From the human T2T-CHM13v2.0 reference genome, Homo sapiens: a stretch of 64,000 bases of DNA. Shown piece after piece: positions 40,183-51,055 of this stretch (its first letter is position 1; every line of letters begins with the position of its first letter). A program made the position numbers and the translations under genes. The DNA lies in NCBI GenBank assembly GCA_009914755.4, contig CP086569.2, positions 22,944,001 through 23,008,000 on the forward strand, read 5' to 3'. The notes under the pieces were generated by a model, which searched no databases, was not told the DNA's origin, and was given only the letters and a program-made list of their open reading frames with translations.

Positions 40183-41020
40183 TGACAGTGTAATCTGTCT
40201 TCACCATTTTTGCAGGCGAATATGCATGACTCCAACCACCCCTTACCAGACTGTATCTTCAAACCTATGTGACCTTATTACTGCTCGTACTCTGTGTCCA
40301 AGAATAAAATCCCAAGACAATGGAGGATTGTCCCATTGTGATGAAAAGCACGTGTTCAGCTGGGAATCAAATTTGCGGTAGATTCAAGGGGCCCTGAGAA
40401 CAGGACTGCCAGTGTCTCTCCCTGGGTTTGCTGCAGAACATGAAACACTGGGAGATGTCTGCTCTTGGGTGTGGTTTGCTATTCTTCTTCCTAGAAGAGG
40501 GTTTTGTTTTGTTTTGTTTTTTGCAGTGGGACATAATTTAACTTTGGCATGTCTCAGCCAATCTCCCAGTTCACTGTGGATTCATGATCCACACAAAAAA
40601 ATGAAGAAGTTGTAATCCCATAGACCAAGCAAGGCCACACAGACAGGCCACCAAAAGTTAGGAGTCTCAAAAATAAGAAGTGCTTTAGGGCAATAGCCAC
40701 ATTCCTTTAAGAGATTCCACTTACAGGCACACAGATACACACACACACACACACCCCAACACTCACAACACTCCCACAGAAACACACAGCCCAGCAGCTT
40801 CTGAGGCTGCATGGTTCTGCAGGAAGCCCCACCTGGAAGAGACAATGCCTAAGGAACACAGGCTGGCTGAAACTAGAAATCACAGTGTGGCAAGTTTCAA
40901 AAAGACTAACTGCTACAATGTCTAGGAAGGCCTGAGGCCTTTTTCAGATCCTTTTGGATCCTTAGGGATTTCACAGTTTATTCCTGGGGCTCTGCTTGAT
41001 GTTTCTTTAGGCTGGCTTGC
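40183..41020 (+). repeat. Array unit U17 (truncated, ~0.84 kb; 0.37-kb deletion right after unit start, then breaks at ~41020)
   Basis: 'gtgacagtgtaatctgtcttcaccatttttgcagg' skips the first about 370 bp of the unit. At about 41020 the sequence jumps from 'ggctggcttgc' into position about 240 of the next unit ('acccagcatcaatcgattccac'). Confidence 0.75.
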
Positions 41021-41539
41021 ACCCAGCATCAATCGATTCCACTTTCATTTGGCTACAGCAATGAAAGCCCTCAAATCAGGAGTTTGCCAGGATGGCCCCA
41101 ATTTGCACTCCCAATCTTCCTTGCATGTTGGAGGACTCCCACTTGAACAGCGGGCCTTGGTGTGGACTGCGTGTGCAATTAAGGAATGTGGGGATGGAGT
41201 TGGAAGCATCTTCTGTGTCATCCGTCCTCTTCTTCTTTTTTTTTTTTTTTTTGCAAGTGAAGTTGCAGGACCCCATCCGCCCCTCTCCAGATTGTATCCT
41301 CACTCCATCTGACCTTATTGATTCTCACACTATATGTCCTACAATGAAATCCCAAGATGATGGAGCAGTGCCCCCTCATGACATGAAGCACCTGCTAGGC
41401 TGGGAACCAAATTTGAGGTAAATTCAAAAGGCCTGCAGATGAGACTGCTAGTGTGCTCCCTGGGTTTCCCACAGGACAATGAATCTCTGGGAGACATCTG
41501 TTTTTTGGGTGTGGTGTGCTCATCTTCTTTCTAAAAGGG

Positions 41540-41579
<40 letters not shown>

Positions 41580-43386
41580 ATGGGGAGGTGATTTGGATGT
41601 TGGCATGCCTTGGCCCAACTCCCAGTTCTTTTTGAATTAGTGATCCACAGAAAAATAAAGAACACTGAGCCCTGCAGCCCAAGCAGAGCCACACAGACAT
41701 GTCAACAAAAGGTTGGGAGACTCAAAAAAAAAAAAAAAAAGAAGGACTGAAGTTCTTTAGCCACATTCCTTTAAGCACACTCTACTTACAGGCACACACA
41801 GACATACACATAGACACACAAACCCAAAATAACACACACACACACGCAAACATCTATCACTCACAACTTTATCACAGAAACACACAGCTCAGCAGCTCCT
41901 GAGGCTGCTTGGTTCTGCAGAAAGCCCCACCTGGGAGAGAACAACCCTGGGGAACACAGGTGGGATGTACCAAGAAATCAGAAAGGGCCAAATTTCAACA
42001 AGAGTCATTCCTACATCTAGGCAGGCCTGAGGAAACCTGCAGATCACTTTGGATCGTTATGGATTTCACAGTTTATTCCTAGGGCTGTGCTTGACATTTC
42101 TTCAGGCTGGCTCATGTCTACAGTCTCCTAGGATCAGAGGAATATCCAGGGGATCCTACGGAGAAGATAGGGGAGAGTCCACCCCCAATGCTCCTCCGTG
42201 GAGGTCTCCTTCTCCGCCAAGCTGCAGGGACTTGAGAGTAGGCAATGGCAAAGTTCATTGAGACACTAGCCATAGCTCACAGTTAGGCCTGGTGCCCTGA
42301 GACTAGCACATGTGCATTTGTGAGGCAGGCTTGGGAACCTGTGTGTCAGAGCTGTCAGCCTGCCTAAGCAGAGGAAAATGGTACAGCCAGAGCTGGCCTG
42401 GTATCGGGAAAAAGGCTGCCTGTGAAAACCCACTGTGGGATCTCAAAATGCTCAACCTCAGGGCGCTTTTGGTGGATCTCCATTGTCAAGTTCCACTGGA
42501 GAAGAAGGCGTTTTGAGACTGTGAGATAGTCGATGGAAACTGCTTTTCTGACTCTATTTCTGAAAGGGCTGTTTGCAGGAATCAGGTCCCATTGGGATTG
42601 GAATACTGTCTGGTTTGTTTTTGAGGGTTCCTCAGATGACAGAATCACATCTGATACCCCAGAGTTGGATGTCTGCAAAAGATGTCTGGGATTTTGACCT
42701 TCCTTCCTCCCTTTATTCTATGCCTTACAAAGGCTCTTTGAGAAAGGCAGGAACCAGAAGAGAGGCAAGTCCAAGGTAAAGCAGTGTTCTCACACCTCAG
42801 ACAGGAGGCTCACGGGTGCAGATGAGGTTGAGACAGTGTCTCAGTGGCAGTCTGTGGTGATGGCAAGCCTGAACAAGCCTGGACGGTAGTGCTGTTGAGG
42901 GGCACTGTGGATTCCCCATGAAATGAAACAAACAAAAAAATCAATGCTCGCCTGAGAGAACGAGCTGCCTTGTGCTGGAGTCCAAGCAATGTTCAATGCT
43001 TCCTGTCAGAGGACCCAACACCCTCCAGCAAAGTGAAAACCACCTCATCCCACACAACCAGAAAACAACCCACAACCTAAAGCACAGCCAGCCTACACGA
43101 AGTCCCTCTTTCTCTCTTAAATAGCTGGCAGCTAAATAATCTGTGGCAGGAGGAAGTCACATCCGACAAAAGCCCAATGAAAGAGACCATCCACAATGAG
43201 GAGGCCAAGCAGATAAAATAAAACAGAGGCTTGACTGCCAGGCAAAAGCTAGACATGACTGCCTGCTTCTTATCCCACAGGAATCAAGCAGCCCTCTGAT
43301 AGAAGTGGGAGAACAAGGGTTTCCTTGTTGGTGGCTGTAACAGGAATTCATGGTTTTAAATGTCAAAACTGCCAAGTCATTAAAAT
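41021..43386 (+). repeat. Array unit U18 (5'-truncated by ~0.24 kb; otherwise complete)
   Basis: It begins at the 'ccagcatcaat' landmark. It has (T)n tracts at 41236-41251 and 41538-41577. Confidence 0.8.
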
Positions 43387-45848
43387 GTGAGTGTTTAGAA
43401 GGAAACCCTCATGCAGTGGATTCCATAAGGGTCTCTCTTCATGAACTGGGAAACATTTAGTGTGGAAGTCCTTGACCCAGACACAGCAAACTCTAGGCCG
43501 ATGAGGTACATGAATGTCAAAAAAAGAAGAGGCAAGTGTGAAGGTCCACATCCCACGCAATGTCAATCCATTCCACTTACATTTGGCTCCAATTATGAAA
43601 GCCCTCAAATCAGGAGTTTGCCAGGATATCCCCAATTTGCACTCCAGGTGTTCCTTGCACGTTGGAGTACTCCCACTTGAACAATAGGCCATGGTGTGGA
43701 CTGCTTGTGCAATTAAGGGAATGAGGGGATTGTGTTGGAAGCAATCTGTGTCATCTGTCTTCATTTTTATTGCAAGTGAAGTTGCAGGACCCATCTACTC
43801 CTTACCAGATTGGATCCTCCACCCTGTCTGACCTTACTGCTGCCCACACTCTGTGTTCCAGGATGAAATCACAAAACTATGAAGGAGTTCCCCACAACGA
43901 TGTGAAGCACCTCCTCAGCTGTCAACTGAATTCAAGGTAAATACAATCAGCTCTGCAGACAGGACTGCTAGTGTCTCTACCTGGGTTGGCTGCAGGACAA
44001 TGAAACACTGGAAGATGCCTGTTTTTCGGTGTGGTGTGCTCCTCTTCTTTCCAGAAGAGTGGCTTTGTTTTTACAGTGGGAGTTTATTTGGATGCCAGCG
44101 GGACTTGGCAAGCTCCCAACTGTGGATTCATGATCCACAGAAAAATAAAGAACACACAGCCCAAGCAGACCCACACAAACAGGCCACCAAAAGGTGTTGA
44201 GACTCAAATAAAGTAGCACTGAATTGGGTTATCCACATTTCTTTAAGCAGACTCTACTTACAGGCACAAACACACACACACACAACACAAACACACAGTG
44301 CCACACACACACATGCAGACATCCAACACTCGCAACACTCCCACAGAAACACACAGTGATGCAGCTCCAGAGGCTGCATCATTCTGCAGGAAGCTCCACC
44401 TAGGAGAGAGCAACCCTAGGAACAGAGGTGTGCTGTGCCTAGAAATCACAGAGGGGAACGTTTCAAAAACACTGACCCCTGCAATGTGTAGGTAGGCCTG
44501 AATAATCGTGTGGATACTTTTGGATCCTTAGGGACTTTGTGGTTTATTCCTGTGGCTGTGCTTGATGTTTCCTCAGGCTGGTTCACATCTGCCCTCTCCT
44601 AGGATTATGGAACTCTCCCGTGGATCCACAGAAAAGACAGGCGAGAGTCCACCATGGACACACCTCCACAGAGGTCTCCTTCATTGACAAGTCGCAGGAA
44701 CTTGTTGCTAGGCAACGGTGACATTAATTGTGATGATAGCCAGAGCTCACAATCAGGAATGATGCCCTGAGACTAGCTCATGCGCATTCATGAGGCGGCC
44801 TTGGGCACCTGGCTCTCAGAGCTGTCAGCCTTCCTTAGCCGAGGAAAATGCTACAAGCAGACCTAGCCTGGTATCAGAAAAGGGATGCCCGCAAAACCAC
44901 TGGGGGACAGTAAAAGTCTTGACCTCACATCCCATTCAGGCCATCTCTGTGGTCAGGTCCCGCCAAAGGAGGAAGCATATCAATACTGTGAGGTGGTCTG
45001 TGGAAACTACTCTTCTGTCTCCCTTTTTGACAGAGGGTGTGTGCAAGAATCGGGTCAGGTGGAGATTGGAATAAAGTCTGATGTGTTGTTGACGGTTCTT
45101 TCGATGATAGAATCATACCTGAAGCCCCATGGGCTGGTGTCAGTGAAAGATGGCCGGGCCCTTGACGTCACTGCCTCCCTTCATCCTGAGCCTCTGAGGG
45201 GCTCTGTGGGAAAGGCAGGAGCCACAGCAAAGGGAAGTCCAAGGTGGAGCACAATTCTCACAACTTGGACTGACCTCTCACAGGTGAAGATGAGGTTGAG
45301 ATCAGTGTCTCAGGGGCCGTCTGTGGTGATGGCAAGCCTAAAAAGGGTGTCCAGTAGTGCTGATAAGGGGCACTGTGGATTCCCCAAGAAAGCAAACAAA
45401 CATTAAAGCTCACCTGAGAGAATGAGTTGTCTTGTGCTGGAGTCCAAGCAATGTTCAATGATTCCTGTCAGAGGACCCAAAATGCTCCTGCAAACTGCAA
45501 GCAACCTCAGTCCCCCAAACAAGACCATAAACCACAAACTTGAGCACAACCAGCCTCCACAAAGTCCCTTTTGCTCTCTGAAATCCCTGCTAGCTAAATA
45601 ATCTGCGGCAAGAGGCAGTCCCATCCAGCAACAGTTCAAGAACCCCCCTCCACAATGAGAAGGCCATGCAGATGAAATGAAACAGAGGCTAGATTACCAG
45701 GTAAAAACCCACACATGGTTGCCTGCTTCTCATCCTACAGTAGTCATGCAGCCCTCTAATCGAAGTGGGAGAACAAGAGTTTTCTTGTTGGCGGGTTTAA
45801 TGGGAATTTATGGTTTTAAAAGTATTAAAGGTGACCAGTCATTAAAAT
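43387..45848 (+). repeat. Array unit U19 (2.46 kb)
   Basis: Full set of unit landmarks. Confidence 0.85.
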
Positions 45849-46181
45849 GTTACAGTGTTTAGAAGGGAACAATCACCCAGTGGATTCCCATGATGGCCAT
45901 TCTCTATGAACCGGGTAACCTTTCGTGTGGAAGTCATTGAGCGAGACCCAGGAAACCCTAGGCTGATGAGGAACATGAAATTCAGGAAAGGAAGAGGGAT
46001 ATCTGGAGGCAATATCACATCCAGCATCAATCCATTCGACTTCTATTTGACTCTGGGTATGAAAGCTTTAAATCAGGAGTTTGCCAAGGTTGCCCCAATT
46101 TGCACTCCAAGTGTTCCTTCCACGTTGATGTACTCCCATCTGAACATATGGCAATGGAGTTTGAAACACCTTCTGTTTCAT

Positions 46182-46213
<32 letters not shown>

Positions 46214-47280
46214 TGCATGTGAAAGTGTGGGACACTATCCACTGCTTACCAGATTGTATCCTCACCCTTATCTGACCTCATTGCTGCTCACACTCTATGT
46301 CTCAGGATGAAATCCCAAGAAAATAGAGGAGTAACCCCTCATGATGTGAAGCATCTGCTCAGCTGTGAATTGAATTTGAAGTAAATTCATGAGGACCTGA
46401 GGACAAGACTGCTAGTGTGTCTCCCTGTGTTGGCCACACGGAAATGAAACACTGGGAGATGTCTGTTTTTTGGTGAAAGAATCTGATTTCATGGGTATTG
46501 GTATATAGTCTAGCTTGTTGTTGAGTGTTCTTTGGCTGATAGAATTATACCTGAAACCCCAGAGACTGGTTTCAGTGGAAAATGTCTGGACTCTAGATCT
46601 CACTACCTCATCCTGGGTCTTGTAGGGGCTCGCTGGAACAGGCTGGAACCAAGACAAAGGCAAGCATGTGATGGAGGAGTGTTCTTGCACTTTGGACCTT
46701 CCTGTCACGGGTGCAGATGAGGTTGAGTCACTATCTCAGAGACCATCTGTGGTGACGACAAGCTTGAAAATCATGTCAAGTAGCACTTTTGAGGGGCATT
46801 GTGGATTCCACCATGAAAACAAAATAACAAAAAAAATCATGGCTCGCATGAGAGAATGAGCTCCTCAGGCTGAAATTTAAGCAATGTTCAATAATTCCTG
46901 TCAGAGGACCCAAAACTCTCCTGCAAAGGGCAAACAACCTCAGCCCCCATGAAGAGAAAATTACCCACAACAAGTAGCACAGCCATTTTTCCTAAAGTCC
47001 TTTTTGCTTTGTGAAATCCTTGGCAGCTAAATAATCTGTGGCATAAGGCAGTCCCATCCAGCATCATCCCAATGAAGAGTCCCTCCACAATGAGAATGCC
47101 ATGCAGATGAAATGAAACTGAGGTTATACTACCAGGCAAATCCAGACACGGTTGCCCACTTCTCATCCTACAGAAATCATGTGGCATTCAATAGAAGTGT
47201 GACAATAAGACTTTCCTTCTTGGTGGCTGTAATGGAAATTTATGGTTTTAAAAGTATTAAAGCTGCACAGTTATTCAAAC
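45849..47280 (+). repeat. Array unit U20 (1.43 kb; ~1.0-kb internal deletion at ~46478)
   Basis: The sequence jumps from 'gtctgttttttggtg' to 'aaagaatctgatttcatgggtattggtatatagtc'. This skips the CA-rich block and the 'gtcagcctgcctaagcag' landmark. Confidence 0.8.
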
Positions 47281-49741
47281 CTGAAAGTGTTTAGAGGGAA
47301 ATACTCATGCAATGGATTCCCATGAGGATCATTTTCCATGAACAGAGAAATATTTAGTGTGGAAGTTGTTGAGCCATACCCAGGAACCCCTAGGTCAGTG
47401 AGGAACATAAAATTCAAAAAGAAGAGGCAAATGTTGAGGCCACACCTTACCCAGTATCAATCATTTCCACTCCCCATTTAGCGTTGGGTACGAAAGCCCT
47501 CAAATCAGGAGTTTTCCAGGATGCCCCCAACTGGCACTCCAAATATTTCTTGCATTCGAGTACTCTTACCTCAGCACCTGGCAATGGTGTGGACTGCTTT
47601 TGCCATTCGAGTACTCTTACCTCAGCACCCGGCAATGGTGTGGACTGCTTTTGCAAATAAGGGAATGCGGGGATGTATTTGGAAGCACCTTCTGTGTCAT
47701 CTGTCTTCGTTTTTTTTTGTTGTTTTGTTTTGTTTAGGTTTTGGTTTTTGCAGGTGAAGTTACAGGACACCATCCATTCCTCAGCAGATTGTATCCTTTC
47801 CCCATCTGACCCGATTTCTACTCACACTGTAAGTCCCAGGATGAAATCACAAGATGATGGAGAACTGCCCTCTCATGATGTGAAGCATGTGCTCAGCAGA
47901 GGACAAATTCGAGGTAAATTCAAGGGGCCCTTTGGACAAGACTGCTATTGCCTCTCCCCAGTTTGGCCACAGTACAGTGAAACTCTAGGAAATGCCTGTT
48001 TTTTTGGTGTCATGTGACCCTCTTCTCTCAAGAAGAGTGGCTTATTTTGCAGGGGTGGGTATGACTCAGATGCCTGCACATCTCAACCCGCCTCCCTATT
48101 CACTGAGGATTCATGATCTACAGAATAATAAGGAACATAGAGCCCCACAGCCCAAGAAGAGCCACCAAGACAATCCACCAAAGTGGGGAGACAAAAAAAA
48201 AAAAAAAAAAAAAAAAGAATTGCTGAAGTGTGGTAGCCACATTCCTTGAAGTAGACTCCACTTATAGGCACACACACAGAAATCCAACCCTCACAATACT
48301 CCCTCAGAAACACACAGCCCGGCAACTCCCAAAGTTGTGCAGTTTTGCGGGAAGCCCCAACTGGGAGAGAGCAACCCCAAGGAAAAAAGGCAGGCTATAC
48401 CTAGAAATCACAGTGGGGCCAGTTTCAAAAAGACTCACCCCTACAACATCTAGGCAGGCCTGAGGAATCTTGCAGATTATTTTGTATCCTCAGGGATTCA
48501 CAGTTTATTCCTGAGGCTCTGCTTGACATTTCTTCAGGTTGGCTCACATCTGCCCTCTCCTTGGAACATGGGACTATCTGGTCGATTCCACAGAGAAGAC
48601 AGGACACAGTCCACCAAAGACACATCTCCACGGAAGTCTCTTTCTCTGCCAAGGCACAGGGACTTGTCGCTAGGCAATGGTGACTTTCATGGTGAGGCTA
48701 GCCAGAGGCTTTTAGACTAGGGCATGCGCATTGTGAGGCAGGCTCAGGTGCCAGGCTGTAAGAGCTGTCAATTGCCTTAAGCAGAGGAAAATGGTACAGG
48801 CAGAGCCAGCCTGGTATCAGTAAAAACACTGCCTGTGAAAACCCACTTTGGGACCATAAAAGTCTTGACCTCAAGGCCCCTTCGGGTCATCTCCATGGTA
48901 GGATCCCACTGGAGGATGAGGTGTTTCAAGACTGTGAGGTGGTCGCTGGAAACTGATCTTCTGGCTCCGTTTCAGAAAGGGGCTGTGTGCAAGAATTGGG
49001 TCCCATGGGTTTGGGATATTGTCTGGTGTGTTGTTGAGGGTTCATTGAGTGATAGAATCATACCTGGGACCCCAGAGGTTCGTGTCAGTGAAAGATGGCT
49101 GGGCTCTTGACCTCACCCTCTCCCTTCATCCTGGGCCTTGCAGAGGCTCTCAGGGAAAGGTAGAAACTACAAAGGCAAATCCAAGGTGGTGCATGTCCTC
49201 ACACCTCAGACTGGCCTCACATGGTTGCAGGTGAGGTTGAGAGAGTGTCTCAGAGGCCATCTGTGCTGATGGCAGCCTGAAAATAGTGTCCAGTAATGCT
49301 GTGAAGGGGCACTGTGGATTCCCCATGAAAGCAAACAAAAATCAAGGCTCTCCTGAAAGAAACAACTGCATTGTGCTGGAGTTGAAGCAAGGTTCAATGA
49401 TCCTTGTCAGAGGAACCAAAAGCCCCCTGTAAAGTGCAAACAATCACAGTCCCCACAATGAGACAATGACCCACAACCTGCAGAGCAGCCAGACTAGCCG
49501 ATGTCCCTTTTGCTCTCTGAAATTCCCAATAGCTACATAATCTGTGGCAAGAGGCTCTTCCATCCAACAACAGCCCAATGAAAGAACCCCTCCACTATAA
49601 GAAGGCCAGGCAGACAAAATGAAACAGAGGCTATATTATCAGGCAAAAGCCAGACACGGCTGCCTGCTTCTCACTCTACAGGAATCATGCATCCCTCCAA
49701 TAGAAGTAGGAGAAGTATCAAAGCTGCCCTGTCATTAAAAC
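47281..49741 (+). repeat. Array unit U21 (2.46 kb; contains 51-bp tandem duplication 47538-47640; unit tail shortened by ~80 bp)
   Basis: 'tcgagtactcttacctcagcacc[c/t]ggcaatggtgtggactgcttttgc' occurs twice in tandem. Confidence 0.85.
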
Positions 49742-51055
49742 ATGACAGTGTTTAGAAGGAAATTCTCATGCAATGGATTCCCATGAGGGTCATTCTCTGT
49801 GAACTGGGAAATGTTTAGTGTGGAAGAGGCCAAGCCAGACCCAGGAAACCCTAAACTGATGAGTAACATGGAACTCAGGAAAAGAAGAGGCATGCATGGA
49901 GGCCACATCCCACCCAGCATCAATACATTCATCTTCCATTTAGCTCCAGGCGTGAAGGTCCTCAAATCGGGAGTTTGCCAGCATGGCCCCTATTTGCACT
50001 CCAAATATTCCTTGCACATTGGAGTACTCTGACCTGAACACCGTGCCATGATGTGGACTACTTGTGCAATTAGTGGAATGTGAAAATGGAATTGGAAACA
50101 CTTCTGTGTAATGTCTTCATTTTTTGCAGGTGAAATTGGGGGACCCCATCCAGCCCTCACCACATTGTATCATTACCCCTTTCTAACCTCATTTCTGCTC
50201 ATACTCTATGTCCCAGGATGAAATCCCAAGACGCTGGAGGAGTTTTCCTTTAAGACATGAATCACCTATTCAGCTGGGAACTGAATTCAAGGTAAATTCA
50301 TGGGGCCCATGGGATAGGACTGCAGGGGCTCTCCCTGGTTTGGCTGCAGGACAATGAAACACTAGAAGATGCCAGTTTTTTGGTGTGGTGTGCTCCTCTT
50401 CTTTCTAAAAGACTGAATTTTTTTGCAGGGGGAGGTGATTTGTACACATGCCTCCCAATTCACTGTGACTTCATGATCCACAGAAAAATAAAGAACACAG
50501 ATCCCCACATCCCAAGCAGAGCCACACAGACACACCACCAAAAGGCTTGGCGATGGCAATCCTGAAAAGTATGTCCAGTAGTGCTGCTGAAGGGCAAGAC
50601 GGTGAGTAAGACCAAGCAAACCCTAATTTGATGAGGAAGATGGAAGCCAAAAAAAAAAAAAAAAAAAAAGAGGCAACTGTGGAGGCCACATCCCACACAG
50701 CATCAATCCATCCTACTCCCATTTGGCCCAGTGTATGAAAGCCCTCAAAGTGCAAACCCCTAGGTTTGCACTCCACAGGTTCACGGCACGTTGGAGAATT
50801 CACACTTGAACACTGGACCTTGGTGTGCACTGCTTGTGCAATTAAGGGGATGTGGGGATTCAGTTGGAAGCAACTTCTGTGTCATCTGTCTTCATCTTTT
50901 TTGCAGGTGAACATGCGGGATACAATCCACACCTCACCAGGTTCTATCCTCTTTTCTATCTGACCTTATAGCTGTTCACACTCTCTGTCCCAGAATGAAA
51001 TCCCAAGATGATGGAGAGTGCCTCCCCATGACATTAATCACCTGCTTGGCTAGAC
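49742..51055 (+). repeat. Terminal array unit U22 (rearranged/truncated; array boundary ~51055)
   Basis: It is normal up to about 50540. After that it is a mosaic: a late-unit fragment ('cgatggcaatcctgaaaagtatgtccagtagtgctg') is followed by an early-unit fragment ('gaggcaactgtggaggccacatccc...') and a second exon-like block. Array homology stops at 'ggctag|actcatgtattgattaa'. Confidence 0.8.

Larger units (their letters stand above)
1..51055 (+). repeat. Tandem macrosatellite array of ~2.4-kb units (~22 head-to-tail copies, ~85-90% inter-unit identity); possible TTTY/TTY2-type Y-linked testis non-coding repeat family (hypothesis)
   Basis: The unit-start motif 'attaaaatgtgacagtgtttagaaggaaacactca' and the rest of the unit recur at 979, 4376, 6809, 9283, 11692, 14173, 15911, 18394, 20859, 23287, 25418, 27873, 30350, 32765, 35251, 37719, 40183, 43387, 45849, 47281 and 49742. 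The modal spacing is about 2.41-2.49 kb. Every unit keeps the same internal landmarks: an (A)n tract, a CA-rich block, 'gtcagcctgcctaagcagaggaaaatggtacagg', and a 'gcag|gtgaagttg ... caag|gtaaat' exon-like block. Confidence 0.93.

Noticed and set aside
1-51055. Array is the DAZ intragenic 2.4-kb repeat (each unit carrying the 72-bp DAZ exon 7)
   Set aside because: The unit length matches. However, the only splice-flanked block in the unit has stops in all frames on both strands. No sequence anywhere in the unit can encode the DAZ/DAZL 24-aa repeat (...PNSPFQVTTGYQLPVYNYQ...), whose codons would read ACTGGATATCAGTTGCCTGTATATAATTATCAG.
1-51055. Dozens of 60-194-aa six-frame ORFs across the array as protein-coding genes
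   Set aside because: All are repeat-derived and occur on both strands, overlapping each other. They have no start context, no conservation of frame beyond what concerted evolution explains, and no recognisable domains. The 'KERKKERKK…' and 'SFLPSFLPS…' ORFs at 23411-23857 are pure microsatellite translation.
1-51055. Array as rDNA/5S, alpha-satellite or HSat (DYZ1/DYZ2/DYZ3)
   Set aside because: There is no rRNA-like conserved core and no 171-bp periodicity. The units carry no GGAAT or AT-rich simple-satellite sequence. They are complex sequence with internal landmarks.
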